Source: Octopus vulgaris
Taxonomy: Eukaryota
Assembly (NCBI GenBank): GCA_951406725.2
Contig: OX597825.1
Span: forward strand, 75,454,001-75,518,000
Direction of reading: 5' to 3'
Length of the DNA: 64,000 nt
The stretch's first letter is position 1, and every line of letters begins with the position of its first letter. The notes beneath the pieces were generated by a model. That model worked only from the letters and a program-made list of their open reading frames with translations, ran no database searches and was not told where the DNA came from. This document shows positions 12,527-26,159 of the stretch, one piece after another. The translations under genes were made by a program, and so were the position numbers.

Positions 12527-12875
12527 GCAATGTTGACAAAGATACAATCAAGTGTACAGGGGCATTTAATACTGAAGTGATGTATGTGTCAAGTGTATGA
12601 AGGTAGAAAAGTTGAATCATATACATAGGAGTGCACACTCACAGCTATAGACACAAAGGAACTTGTGTATTTTGCGGCAATATATGTATCTGTGTATCAA
12701 TATATGTGTGGCAGTGTGTGAGTGTGTGTGTGTGCATGTCTGTTTGTGTATAATTCTCCCCCCCACACACACACACACAATAACTTTCTCTCAGCCTACA
12801 TCCTACACACATGTACTTTCCTCCTGTCCTACTCTCACCATGCCCTACACAAATACTTCCCAGCAAAACATTAAC

Positions 12876-12907
<32 letters not shown>

Positions 12908-13202
12908 TTGTCTCTGTGTGTCTGTATGTGTGTAAATACACGTACACACACACATATTCCTTTATAGAACAGAGGTGACAGTTGAAACAGTCAATCACTA
13001 CAGATAATAAGTCAGTAAATATTGAGTGAAAAATATTTTGGGATAGAAAACGTTGAAACCTGCTCATATTTTTGTGTATATGTATCAATGTATCCAGCTA
13101 TTAATAATTCTACCATAACTGCCTGATATATTGCAATAGCTGAGATGCATTAATATTGGACAAACATTTTCAAAAAATCCTTGCATCTCCTTTGATATTT
13201 CA

Positions 13203-13385
13203 ATTTTGTGTCTTTTCCTCCATAAACACATAATAATTTAAAGTACCAAGAATTGTAAAAGACTATTTTGTGTCTTTTCCTCCATAAACACATAATTTAA
13301 AGTACCAAGAACTGTAAAGGACTATTTTGTGACTTTTCCTCCGTAAACACATAATAATTTGAAATACGAAGATTGACAAAGGAAT
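13203..13385. repeat. ~60-bp tandem repeat, 3 copies
   Basis: Unit ATTTTGTGTCTTTTCCTCCATAAACACATAAT(AAT)TTAAAGTACCAAGAA..GTAAA.GACT, present three times. Confidence 0.9.
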
Positions 13386-13565
13386 ATATATTTTTCCTTT
13401 ACAGTTTGTAAATACAGTTCAATAGATAAAAGTAAGGAAACAGATAATACTCATCTCTAATATTTGATATAGAAATTCTAATCAACTTTGTTTAGAAAAG
13501 ATCTGAGAAAAATAAAAGTAAAACCAGTATTTGTTAAGAATATCCACTTCATTCTCTCCACAACC

Positions 13566-13620
13566 ATGTCACTTTTTTACAGCTGGAGTATTTTAATTTT
13601 CACCTGTCTTCATTTCTCAA
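13566..13620 (+). CDS. Novel type I membrane receptor, coding exon 1 (signal peptide MSLFYSWSILIFTCLHFS)
   Basis: ATG in good context (CAACCATGT); hydrophobic stretch; donor GTAAGT at 13621 in phase 1, joining exon 2 to give ...HFSNIQA-TKW (AxA-like cleavage site IQA). Confidence 0.75.
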
Positions 13621-14370
13621 GTAAGTTCTCAATTTTATTTTTATTATTTATTCGTGAAATCACTGAATATGGCTGTGTATGATCAAGAAACTTGTTTTCA
13701 GGTCAGTTTCTTTTGTATGACAACTTGGATTATTATCTTGTTTGATAGTCTTAGGTTGACCAAAGACTATGAAGTGGAACTTGATAGGTGGGGATTCTAT
13801 GGAAGCATCTTGTAGAGACTGTTTCTGTCCTTGATCTTGGGCGGTTAACTTTATCTATTACTTCATTTAATCTTTTCCATATTAAAATACCTTGTTGTAT
13901 TACACAAACTTTCTGTTTTAAACTGATCCAAATGAAAACCATACATCAAACTTTCATATTAATTTATGTTCCAAATAACAGCTTGATAATGATGAGGTTA
14001 TTTTACTAAATTCCTCATTTTCAAAATTAACAGGTAAAGGCAATATGGTAGTAAACGGTAAAATGTTATCTGGCTCTTGGGAAATTTCTGCAGAATTCAC
14101 TGTGCTGTAGTCATTTGAACTTTATATCTTTGTACATAGACAATTTGTTTGCATCACTTTTTTTTCATGACACTGAGTGATTACAGAACTTTCTCCACCA
14201 GAAATATAAAGAAAAAATATAGTTTTCTTTAAAAAATTACAAATCTTTCTCCAAATCACAATTACCTTTAAAAAACTTCCTTTTAAATTTATTGAACTAA
14301 AATCAGTTAAATTTTATAATAACAAATCAATATTATATTATATTTCTTTATTATTATTTCTTCCTTGTAA

Positions 14371-14720
14371 GGCAGTGAGCTGGCAGAAACGTTAGCACGC
14401 TGGGCAAAATGCTTATCAGTATTTTGTCTGTCTTTACATTCTGAGTTCAAATTCCGCCGAGGTCAACTTTGCCTTTCATCCTTTCAGGGTCGATAAATTA
14501 AGTACCAGTTATGCTCTGAGGTCGATGTAATCGACTTAATCCCTTTGTCTGTCCTTGTTTGTCCCCTCTATGTTTAGCCCCTTGTGGGCAATAAAGAAAT
14601 AAGAACTGCTAGCATGCCGGGCGAAATGCTTAGCAGTATTTTGTCTGTCTTTACATTCTGAGATCAAATTCCGCCGAGGTCAACTTTGCCTTTCATCCTT
14701 GTGCCTAGAGTAGAAAAGAT
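14371..14720 (+). mobile_element. tRNA-derived SINE family B with a partial internal duplication
   Basis: GGCAGTGAGCTGGCAGAAACGTTAGCACG (A-box-like), GAGTTCAAATTCC (B-box), GCCTTTCATCCTTTCAGGGTCGATAAATTAAGTACCAG; head repeated at ~14605-14700. Confidence 0.82.
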
Positions 14721-16928
14721 TATTTCTTCATTGTGAAGTCACATTACCTAATGGCCAGGATGATAGGTTCACAACCATAAGTTTGTAATTTCAGTTCCTG
14801 GACTGGGCAATACATAGTATCCTTGAGCAAGGTGCTTCATTTCATGTCACTCCATACTGTTCAGCTGAGAATATGTACCAATCTATAACTGGCACTTTTT
14901 CTCCAGCTGAGTTCACTGGAGCCAAGCGTTGGTGCAGCCTTCTTTTCCTCCAGCTGTCACATTCATGATGTTACACTGTATTAAGGGCAGGAGATCTCAG
15001 AGGGTGTCTATGTTTACCTGTGCATACATAAAGATCTGAAACAAATGACAAAAGTATGTTACATGTTACCAGGTCATATTCACTTGCCAATGACAGCTCT
15101 GCTTTATTTCTATGTCATAATGAAATACTGTAAACTAATTATAAACTCTGATAATGAATTAAGGACTTGATTACACATATAAGGATTATAAAGATTTGAG
15201 TTTATTTAAAGTGTTTAGTCTGAAGGCAAGTATGGGCTATGTGATCAAGAAGCTTGTTTTGTAAGTACATGGTTTTGAGTTCAATCCCATTTTGCAGCAC
15301 CTTGAGTAAATATTTTCTATCATAGCCATAAGTGGACCAGTATATCCTGGACAAAATTTGGAAGAGAGACATCAAGTAGAAGCCCATCAGAGGGAGCATT
15401 TCTGTTACTGAGTGGAAAACTTAATCTTCTCTTAATTTCAGGGCTGGATTTAGACTTGATGAGGCCCTAAACTATTTGAGATAATGAGGCTCTTTATATG
15501 TCCAGACGTCCTATGTTAGCAACAAATTGTCGGTGTTTCTTGTGTTTAATATACTATGCGATCTTTAGGACCTATAGATATCAGAAGCCATTTGCACTTG
15601 ATAAAATATGCATTTTATCAAAATAATTGTTAAATTGAAATACAATTAAGAGGTATATTAATAGTGAAATAGTTATTAATCTCTGACTCAAAATTATTTT
15701 TTATTCATAACAAACTTAATGCAAACACTTGGTAAAAAAATAAAAGTTCTTTTAAAAGCACAATTTACAAAGGCTTATAATCTAATCTCTAGAAACTTGC
15801 TGTAAGGAATTAATGCATCTATGCAATACCCATTATATTGTATAATTTCAAGATTTACTGTACACTGTGTATACAAACACAACACAACATGATCTAAATT
15901 AAAATATTTTCTTTTTTGCCTTTGCCAGAGTAAAATCATTGATGATTTCATCAAATGATAAACTGCATAGTTTGTCGCTTTCTATGCACATGAGAGTGAG
16001 GGAACATAATTATCTTTTGAGTCAATGTTGTTCTAAATTCATTTTTTATCCTCTTCAGCTGAGAAAAAGATCTTTCTAATTTAGAGCAATTTGCAATCAT
16101 CAAACTATGATACATTCTCAAAATTGCTTCTACATTAGGGAATGCCCATTGGACATGATCGTTAAATATTACTCGATACAGATCCTGATGTGTCAGACAA
16201 TTATGTTCCTGTGAACCATGGCTTTGACTATATTTAACATATTGATGAAAATGCTGAAGTTCTCCAACAAGGTTCATGTCAACATTCTACAGAGTTTTCA
16301 TGACTTTGAATTAAATAGGTATTGTGCCAATCACAAAATCCATCTGATGATAATGCTGTAGAAGAATCTGAAAAGAGTTTGCACACAAACAGTATACACA
16401 ACCAGTTTCTGGTGAATATACTAACCATTCTCTGCAGTATTTTTCACCATTAGCTTGTTTGGGTCAGTACAAGCTTTTTGAGCAATATCTGTCTTGGTTT
16501 TCAAAAGACTTCTTTGACTTTTCAAATGAACCATTTGAGTGCTGACACCCTGACAGGCCTTTTTCTACCCAGTATACAATGTCATCTTTGCTTAAATTGG
16601 CCCATAGCCCAACATCATTCTGTTTTTTTGTTTTTTATGTTGAATCTTCTGTGCTTGTACTACTCTCTGGTTTGTAAATCTTAATATTTCTTGTTTCATT
16701 CATTGAAGCTGATTCTATAGAACTAGACATATGAGGTTCTGTATCAGTCATGGAATGGATAACTCATGACTTACTCACTGTGGTAGAGGCTTTGGGTTTA
16801 TCAGGACCCTTATCTATCTTTGTTAAGAAACTTTCTAAATTTGGTAACTTGCTAAGCTCTTCTTCAGTTTTCTGCTTCTTTCTCTTTTGAACTCCAATTT
16901 TATAAACTTCTGGCTGACACTTTGTAAA

Positions 16929-17630
16929 CTCATCATCATCATCATCGTTTAACGTCCGTTTTCCATGCTAGCATGGGTTGGACGGTTCGACCGGGGTCTG
17001 GAAAGCCAGGAGGTAGCACCAGGTCTCAGTCTGATCTGCCAGTGTTTCTACAGCTGGATGCCCTTCCTAACGCCAACCACTCCGTGAGTGTAGTGGGTGC
17101 TTTTTACGTGCCACCAGCACAGGGGCCAGGGGAGGCTGGCAATGACCACGATTGGTTGGTGCTTTTTACGTGTCACTGGCACAGATGCCAGTCAAGGTGG
17201 TGCTGGCAACGGCCACATTCGGATGGTGGTTTTTAAGTACCACCGGCACGGGTATTACAACTACAATTTCCATTTGATTTTTATTTTGATGTTGATGTAC
17301 TTGACTCAATAGGTTTCCTCAAGCACAGCAGGTCACCTTACGATCCAAGGTTAGCACGGCAGGCCGTCCCATGAACACACTTAACTTGTCGGGTCTTTGC
17401 AGTCACAGCATATCTCATAGGTCTCGGTCTTTCGTCATTGCCTCTGTGAGGTCCAGCATGCCACCAGTACAGGTATCACAACAACAATATCCATTTGATT
17501 TTTTATTTTGATGTTGATGTACTTGACTCAATAAGTCTCCTCAAGCACAGCAGGTTGCTCTACGATCCAAGGTAAGCACAGCAGGCCATCCTGCAAGCCA
17601 TGAACTCACTTCATTTGTCGGATCTTCGCT
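16929..17630 (-). mobile_element. RTE LINE 3' end (3' UTR plus tail) nested in the hAT element
   Basis: (CAT)n then TTTAACGTCCGTTTTCCATGCTAGCATGGGTTGGACGG...GGATGCCCTTCCTAACGCC; reverse complement of the tail family. Confidence 0.82.
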
Positions 17631-18712
17631 GTGGGCAAAAAATTTTGAATAACTATAAACATATATTTATAATATATAACTTTTTTTTTCTTTTTTCCTA
17701 TAGTTTCAGCTCAGAGCTGTGGCCATGCTGGAGCACCGCCATTACATATTTAATATTTATAAATTATTAATAGTAAAATGCATGAGAAATATGGAATGAT
17801 GATCATTGATCAACTACAATAATTATAAATACAATGCAGGAAAAAATGTTTCCCCATTCTTTGCTCCTACCTGTAACCATATTAGCAAATAATAATACAG
17901 GCCTACAAAGTATACAGATGAATATTTTTTAAAGTAATATTTAATTGGACCAAAATAAATTATGTGTCATATGAAATAAATTAGTAGGCCTAAAACTGTA
18001 ATTACAGTGTTAAACAGTGAATGAATACTGATTAAAGCTTGTTCATTCAAATGTTCGTTTATAATACTTTTATTATCTGAAAGAGTAAACATCATACATT
18101 CACATTGTAGACTATGTTGTGAATGTATGATGTATAGCCATTGCTACATCTAAGGTAGCCTCTAAGGTAGCCTCTAAGGTAGCACAGGTATCACAACAAC
18201 AATATCCATTTGATTTTTTATTTTGATGTTGATGTACTTGACACAATAGGTCTCCTTAAGCATGGCAGGTCACCTTGCGATCCAAGGTTAGCACAGCAGG
18301 CCATCCTGTGAGCCATAAACTCACTTCATTTGTCGGGTCTTCGCTGTTAGGTTCCCCAAACTCACCTAAAATAACCTAAACTAACCCAACGTAAAAAAAA
18401 TTCATAAATTCGAAAGTAAGTTACCACACACTAAAAAATCCACTATAATACTTAGTCTTACATTTTAGAAGCACTGGTCTTAAATTATTTTAAATATGGT
18501 AAAATTTTACACTTAGTACAAGCAAATTGACAAACAAAAGTCGACTCTCCGATTACATGAGGATCATCTTCATCTGATTTTCTTCCCATTCCTGTCAAGT
18601 TTCGCTGCCAACTGTACGACGTTTCTTTAACATAATTTCTATAACAAATGCTTAATTATATTATTATTTCTATAAAGTAATTAATTAATTTATCTAATAT
18701 TGTACTAAAGAT

Positions 18713-19759
18713 GGTACTTTTTGGTGATCTCACCCTCATTAAAAAGTTGGGTTATCTCCTACTGTTTTATGAAAAATATCGGTACTTTTGGTTATTTCCC
18801 CCACCTAAAGAAATTGTTTAACCCTCAATAAAACAAAACAAAACAAAAATGAAAAACATCAATAAATCTGAAAACTGAAAGAATTATTCCTGTTATTAAA
18901 TCTCATAACCTTTTTATAACAAATCATACCCTGCCTACTGAGGAGGCCAAACATGAACAATATGTTGAAGTCATCATCATCATCATCATTTAATGTCCGC
19001 TTTCCATGCTAGCATGGGTTGGACGATTTTGACTGAGGACTGGCAAACCAGATGGCTGCACCAGGCTCCAATCTTGATCTTTCTACAGCTGGATGCCCTT
19101 CCTAATGCCAACCACTCTGAGAGTATAGTGGGTGCTTTTACATACCGCCAGCACCAGAGCCAGTCAAGCAGTACTGGCAACGGCCACGCCCAAATGGTGT
19201 TTTTTTTTATGTGCCACCACGGCACAAGTGCCAGTAAGGCAATGCTGGTAACGATCACGCTCCTTTGGTGCTTTTTAGGTGCCACTGGCATGAACACCAG
19301 TTAGCCGCTCTGGCAACAATCCCACTTGGATGGTGCTCTTACTGGTCACCTAGGTAATGGAAGCTATCAACTACTTCTAGTTTTTTTCCCTGGAATGTGA
19401 TGGAAGTTGTTCTCTGCACATTTTCAATGTTTATCGCTCCTGAACATCTGCCACATGCAAAAACTATCTTCCCAGTTAGCCTTCCTTTGATATTGCTGCA
19501 CCACTTATGTGTCCATAGCTTACTCTAGGTACATCTTATGGAGTTTCTACCCACGCCTTTTTTACAGACCAAGCCGGGCCATCTACCCAAAGGGATTTGT
19601 GGTTTACCTGCTTTCCTACTTATTAGGAAGTATTGAATCAAAAGGATCTAACACTTTTAATCCAATCTCTTGTCACCACAAATTCATTTTTTTAGTGGGG
19701 AGGTAACCCAATTTTTAATGGTAATTTTTTTAATGGGGGTGAGATAACCAAAAAGTACC
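18713..19759. mobile_element. Non-autonomous DNA transposon, Merlin-like, itself carrying an RTE fragment
   Basis: TIR GGTACTTTTTGGTGATCTCACCCTCATTAAAAA / TTTTTAATGGGGGTGAGATAACCAAAAAGTACC; perfect 8-bp TSD CTAAAGAT (18705-12 and 19760-67). GG-started TIR with 8-bp TSD fits Merlin; superfamily assignment is inference. Confidence 0.8.
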
Positions 19760-20069
19760 CTAAAGATATATAATTTTTTTTCAAAATATCAAATAATTAA
19801 ATAGGAGATATAAAGTGTACCACAATAATTTTACACAGCACAATTACTTTGAGCAGTAGGTAACCACTAGTCAACTTGTTATCAGTATTTTAAAACTATT
19901 TGTTAACACATTATAGTTATTGAAAATTCATCTTTATTTATTTCATTTACTTGTTCATCATTTCTATTCTGTAGTTCATGTCACCATTTTTATCATACTC
20001 ACAAAAAAAAAAAAAAAGAACTTGTAATTGTAGCTGCCAGTCTCCTACAAGCCTTGTGTTGGCTTCTAT

Positions 20070-20480
20070 ACTCTTTACTCTTTTACTTGTTTCAGTCATT
20101 TGACTGCGGCCATGCTGGAGCACCACCTTTAGTTGAGCAAATCGACCCCGGGACTTATTCTTTGTAAGCTCAGTACTTATTCTATCGGTCTCTTTTACCG
20201 AACCGCTAAGTGACGGGGACATAAACACACCAGCATCGGTTGTCAAGCAAGGCTAGGGGGACAAACACAGACACACAAACATATACACACACACTTATAT
20301 ATATATACATATATACGACAGGCTTCTTTCAGTTTCCGTCTACCAAATCCACTCACAAGGCATTGGTCGGCCCGGGGCTATAGCAGAAGACACTTGCCCA
20401 AGATGCCACGCAGTGGGACTGAACCCGGAACCATGTGGTTGGTTAGCAAGCTACTTATCACACAGTCACTCCTGCGCCTA
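20070..20480 (-). mobile_element. tRNA-derived SINE family A, CpG-retaining young copy
   Basis: Near-complete reverse complement of 59560-59968, including the (CTTTTACT) tail. Confidence 0.9.
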
Positions 20481-21570
20481 TGTACGAAAATGCAACTGAA
20501 ACTATCACGGTGGATGACAATTAATATGGAAGTATTATTGTATTTGTTTAGTCAAAGTATTGTAACAATAATTGAATATGTAAATATCCAGAGTTGAAGA
20601 CGTATATGGAAATGGCACAGTGCTACGTGTAGTTGCCGTTGTATCATGCAGATGGGTACGCAATCGATGTTAGTATAATGCTGACACATCAACAATGTAA
20701 ATAATGTATGATCTCTTTTCTGCTCTAGGCACAGAGTTCCAAATTTGTTTTTTGGTGGGGTGGCTAGTTGATTAGATCAATCCCAGTATGCAACTAGTAC
20801 TTTATTTATCGACCCTGAAAGGATGAAAGGCAAAATCGACCGTGACAGAATTTGAACAATGTGCCATCTCTGACAGTCCATGGATGATGAACAAGTATGT
20901 TGAAACCACTGACATGATGTAGTTCATAAAATCGTCAACAGATGGTGCTGACAGGAAGTATAAGCAAAATACATCATCTGTAAAACTATGGTAGTTCAAA
21001 ACTATGACATTTAGTTCTTCTTTATCTTATATTTTGAAAATGTATACTGTGTACAGTACACACCGTTTTTTTACCCATTTTTTCAAGGCCTCAAGAAAGT
21101 AGAGGCTCTAAATTATAGCTTGTTTAGCTTATATATAAATCTAGCCCTGCTTAAGTTTAATGCCACCATCTGGTTCCTGGGTACCTTTAGCAAAGTTCCC
21201 TCTGTTGCCAGCAAACATCACCACCTGGTCCTTGGGTGTATTTAATACAGTCTACTTTGTTGCAAATGAATACCACTTTGAGTATCTTTACCAGAGTCCT
21301 CTCTTCTGCGAGGAATTTGGTCTAGGTGTTCAGTCAGAGAATAAATATTTTTCCCTCGCTTCCACTAGTCTTAGTGGCTTTGAAAGACCAAAAAGATATG
21401 AAGTATATTTCAATTTCCATTTCTTACTTCCTTTTTCTTTTAAATTATTTTAAAAAACGAAAGATATTTTGTTATGACACGTCTCAAGAGAGATGTCCAA
21501 CTTAGTAGCTTCTTTTACTCCTTTACATTCATTGAAAGCTTTTTCAGTGTATATAAACAACATCATGGTG

Positions 21571-21602
<32 letters not shown>

Positions 21603-21749
21603 TGTATGTAGGTAGGTAGGTAGGTAGGTAGGTAGGTAGGTAGGTAGGTATGTATATTTGTATGGCTATGTATGTGTTGTGTTTGTCTATATATCTGTAT
21701 CTGTTGGTCGGTCTTTCTCTTTCCTTTCTCTTTTTAATTTAGAGTGTAT

Positions 21750-22630
21750 GTTGACCAACCACCAACTTAGTAGCAAGGTTGTGAAGGAAAGTATCTTGTT
21801 TTAATCATAATTCTTTAAATGTTAAGAAGGTCTTGCAAATTTTTATAGTCCTAGATATTGCAATCACTTGTAGCATATGAATTTGTATTCTTTCCTCAAG
21901 ATCTCAAGTTCAGTCATGCTTTGCTCCAGACTGGTCGGTATGTATCCTGATGTTCCAATAATAATGGTGTGTATTTTGGGTACTGGATTTGCAAACTCCT
22001 TATCAATGGTCCATAGATTTCCTCTTTCTCTCATATTTTTCTATCACATCTGTGTCCAGAGGGAAGCTGATTTTCACACCAGAACATATAATTTCTTTGT
22101 GGTTCCATTTGCAAACTCCTTATCAGTGGTCCATAGATTTCCTCTTTTTCTCATATTTTTCTATCACATCTGTGTCCAGAGGGAAGCTGATTTTCACACC
22201 AGAACATATCATTTCTTTGTGGTTCCATGCAACGATATCTGGATGGTTGTGTTTTAACATTGTGGCTGTGTTAATTTTCAAGTTCCACCTGTATATTTTG
22301 ACTTGGTCTCAATTTGACCAACTTTATTTGCAGGTATTCGCTTTTCCGTTATCCTGTTCCAGACTGTTCTAACCACCATATCATGCCTCATGGGAAGATA
22401 ATATTTCGAAGAAATTCTCTCACAGTTGGCAATAATGTGGTCGATGTCTTTGGCCTTGGTCTTGCAAAGCCTACGTTTGTTGTCTGTCAATGTTTTCTGT
22501 CTTTTATGTTGCAGGCACTTAGTGGGCATCTTTTGGCCTTGGGTTGCATAGATGTAACCTTCAAAGCAGGCTATCATAAACTTGCCAGTGAAATATGAGT
22601 GGTAAAACAAAGTTAGACATTGATTCAATC
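21750..22630 (-). mobile_element. Restriction-like-endonuclease non-LTR retrotransposon relic (R4/Dong- or NeSL-like), 3' part
   Basis: ORF 22278..22628: EGYIYATQGQ...RRLCKTKAKDIDHIIANC...YYLPMRHD, a degenerate CCHC knuckle plus RHD motif; followed by a KHNHPDI (PD-motif) segment. Confidence 0.72.
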
Positions 22631-22850
22631 AAATTTATGCCCAATTCATGAAGAAAACATGTAAAAAACATTTTCATCAGACAAAATGTGGGAAGAATTC
22701 AAATTTACGTGATTATTCCGATTTTCATGTTATTTACAAAACCAATTCCAGTGTTTTATGAGTTTACTTAATGTAACCATTATAAAAATTCAGGGTTGTT
22801 TTAAAAATAAAATGTTAACTTTTTTTTTCTTTTCTCAATCTATTTGCCAG

Positions 22851-23041
22851 ATATCCAGGCTACAAAATGGAAAGTAACCATTTGCTTGTCTCAAGTACAT
22901 AACAGGGAAGTTGACATTTCTTTGAACAATATGCACAAAAGATCAAGATTTGAAAATAAAAATGAAATCAACATTCAATTTGAATTAGAGAGTACAGTAA
23001 AGCCAAATACTCTTCATGTTGATGTGACACAAAGCTATAGG
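22851..23041 (+). CDS. Novel receptor exon 2 (repeat 1, first part: IQATKWKVTICLSQ...HVDVTQSYR)
   Basis: Polypyrimidine tract plus CAG acceptor; 191 nt open; GTAAGT donor; phase 1 to 0. Confidence 0.85.
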
Positions 23042-24555
23042 GTAAGTAAATTAAAACAAATATTCACTCACATACATACACATACAAACATACACATCTA
23101 CTTGTACACCTGCATTATCAAAAGTTATGCTATTTTCAAAGAAATAAGTTGAAACTGGTATTCAGGAACTGCATTGACATGACATATGTTCTTTATATCT
23201 AAATATAGTTTTGGATTCAAAGAGCTTCAAAATTTTCATTCCAAACTGGATTTGAACTCTTGACCCCTTTTTATTAGTTCTGTCACTGAACTATGTGATT
23301 AAGAACTTCTGTAAACAATAATATTAAATTAATTAGTTAGAAAGCTAGAAAAGAATTATATATTTAAGTTTGTGGGGGGGGGGTAACCACAGGCATATTT
23401 GTATGGTAAAAAGTTTGCTTCCCAACCACCTGGCTTCAGGTTCAATCCCATTGCAAGTGCCTAATAAGCATAGCACCAGGCCAAAAATAGCCTTGTGAGT
23501 GGATTTGGTAGAAGGAAACTCGAAGAAGACCATCACCACCATCATCATCATCATCATCATCATATGATGGTTGTCATCATCATCATTTTCTGACAAATAA
23601 TATCTGTGAAAGCAATTCAACATTAAACTGAAAGATCGCTCCATACTTTTTAGTAGAGTAAATGTATACATACATACATGATAATGATGGCCATCCACTC
23701 ATGACTGAGAAAAACCCTTACTGACTTTCAGGAATATTTTGTGTTCAAGACTACCTTATACTTTACATTTGCAGCTCCTCTGTTGGTGACTAACAAGCCC
23801 TGCTCTTGACAAACATACATGACTGCAAACATTGCAGACCAAGCTTCCCCACTCATTAAACTAGCAGTGCGTTTTGAGCTTAAATTCTTCATAAAGAACA
23901 TGTGCTCTTTAAAAGGAATGGACTCCTTCCTTTACCTGTCTCCCTTATCCATGGCAATGGTAAGCATTGCTATCCAAGTCAGCCTCCTGCATTTCACAGG
24001 CCTTTAATGAGGACTTTACACAGTACTTAAATCGCAGTTTTGGCTTCTGCTGGGGTCACTTTCAACCAACAAGTTTCCCACATAGCATCTGTTTAGGGAT
24101 CTTTCTATCATTCATTCTAACAAGGTGTCCAGTCCAACATAACCAGTGTTTGTGCACTGTTGCCTCAATACTTGGGATATTGGCTTTCCTCAGGACCTGT
24201 GTATCTGGAATTTTTAAGGTCCAGCCAACATTCAGAATATGTTTCAGGCATCTCTGATGGAAGCATTCAAGGACCCTTTACATGACGTTTGTAAAGGGTT
24301 CATGTCTCACATGAGTGTGTATTTAGTCAATTCAATGAAGAAACAACTAAAATAAACAAACAAATAAAACATTTAAAAAGAAAAGAGAATAAAACGAATG
24401 TGAGAACATGGACAAGAATTATATTAGTTTGATGTTTGGTCAAAGAAGAGAATTTTTAAGGTTTCAAGTATGGTTCTTTGTCAGAAAAGAGAAATGGAAA
24501 AGTCCAAAGAAGGAGAAAGAAAATCACTAGGGCTAATGTGTAATTACACCCTGAA

Positions 24556-24598
<43 letters not shown>

Positions 24599-24611
24599 TA
24601 CGTACATACAA

Positions 24612-24651
<40 letters not shown>

Positions 24652-25662
24652 TCATCATTGTTTAACACCTGCCTTCTAATCTAGCATGGGTGGGAGGGCT
24701 TCACAACAACTGGCCAGGCTGAAGCCTGCCCCAAACTTCTGTGACTGTTTTGGCAGGATTTTTACAACCGGATGCCCTTCCTAACACCAACCACTCAGCA
24801 GAGTGGACTTAGTGCTTTTTACATGGCACAGGCACAGGTGAGGCAAGTAGTGCATTTTATGTGGCATAAGCACAAGCAAGGTGAGTTTTGGCAAGGTTTT
24901 TACTGCTGAATGTATTTCCAAACACCAACCACTTTACAGTGCAGACTGGGTGCTTTTAAGTGGCACTTGCACTGACAGGGTCACCAAGTACTTGTAAAAC
25001 ATAAAAAAAAACTTTCAAGCGGGGAAGAGGCATTGGAAGAGGTGATGAGGGAAAGGTTATAGTGAGACAGATACAGGTGTCTTGCAGTAGAGGAAGTACA
25101 AGGTTACCCAGCTGGAGAGAGAAAGAAGACAGAAACTGCTGTGCTACCACAAAGAAAATACACGGTTGTCCAACCTGAGAGAAGTGCAGGAGGAGAGAGT
25201 GGGAGACATTAGGACAGAGACAGTGGCAAAATGCTCACAATGGAACAGGGATCAGAATATAAATGGGATGGTTGAGTAAAGGAAAAGAGAGATATAGATG
25301 GTGGCAAGTATCAGGGAATACCCTTGAGGTTAAAATGTTATAATATAAGTGGCAGGATACTGAAGGGAGTATGATTAAAGAGTGCGATGCCCTGATACAG
25401 GACGCATTAGTAGCAGGTATTTTGACTCAGCATCCATCCAAATCAACGTACTGCTTCTATGCTCGCGATGCATTATAAAAATATTATCCAATCAAGAACA
25501 AATTAGATTATTATAAACATAAGTCATACAGTCGTATAATCACAAATCCAAATACTGATATATTAAATACATTTACTGTGTATATTTCAAATGGTTGTAT
25601 GATAAACTTTCACACAGATACCATTGCCTTCAGCCATTTACCAGCAACATGCACTCATGTGT

Positions 25663-25720
<58 letters not shown>

Positions 25721-25895
25721 ATGCATGTGTGTGTAGGCTATTCCAAACTGATTTTAAATATGAAACGGAGTACTAGCTGTATGCTGCCATTATTGTCATC
25801 GATAGCATGATGATGGTGGTGATCACCACCATCACCGTCATCATTAACAGACTACTTTGCACTGTTGTGAACTTTGTTGAATTTTTTTATTCTAG

Positions 25896-25980
25896 GCAAC
25901 TGTTCAAATTGAAGGCCATCATGAAAAATACATTGTCGAGTGCCAGTCAGCTTGTTCTAGAGAATTAAAATTAGAAAAAT
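25896..25980 (+). CDS. Novel receptor exon 3 (ATVQIEGHHEKYIVECQSACSRELKLEK)
   Basis: TTTTTTTATTCTAG acceptor; 85 nt; GTAAGA donor; phase 0 to 1. Confidence 0.8.
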
Positions 25981-26107
25981 GTAAGATTTTTGCTTTAGAA
26001 CTGTTTGTGACTGATTTCTTTTTAACTTTTCTTTCTTTTATAAATTCCTTAAGAAACACTTTTCTCTCATTCTCTCCCTCTCTCTCTCACATATGCATGT
26101 GCATGCA

Positions 26108-26159
<52 letters not shown>

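Larger units (their letters stand above)
15439..21149 (-). mobile_element. Decayed hAT DNA transposon (ZMYM1-like transposase relic) carrying nested insertions
   Basis: TIRs CAGGGCTGGATTTA / TAAATCTAGCCCTG; 8-bp TSD CTTAATTT (15431-38) vs CTTAAGTT (21150-57); ORF 15951..16277 has the hAT C-terminal dimerisation motif FPNVEAILRMY...ANCSKLERSFSQLKRIKN. Confidence 0.85.

Noticed and set aside
12170-12638. Poly-His, poly-Pro/Ser and poly-Val ORFs
   Set aside because: Translations of a (GGT)/(GAT) microsatellite; no splice or domain support.
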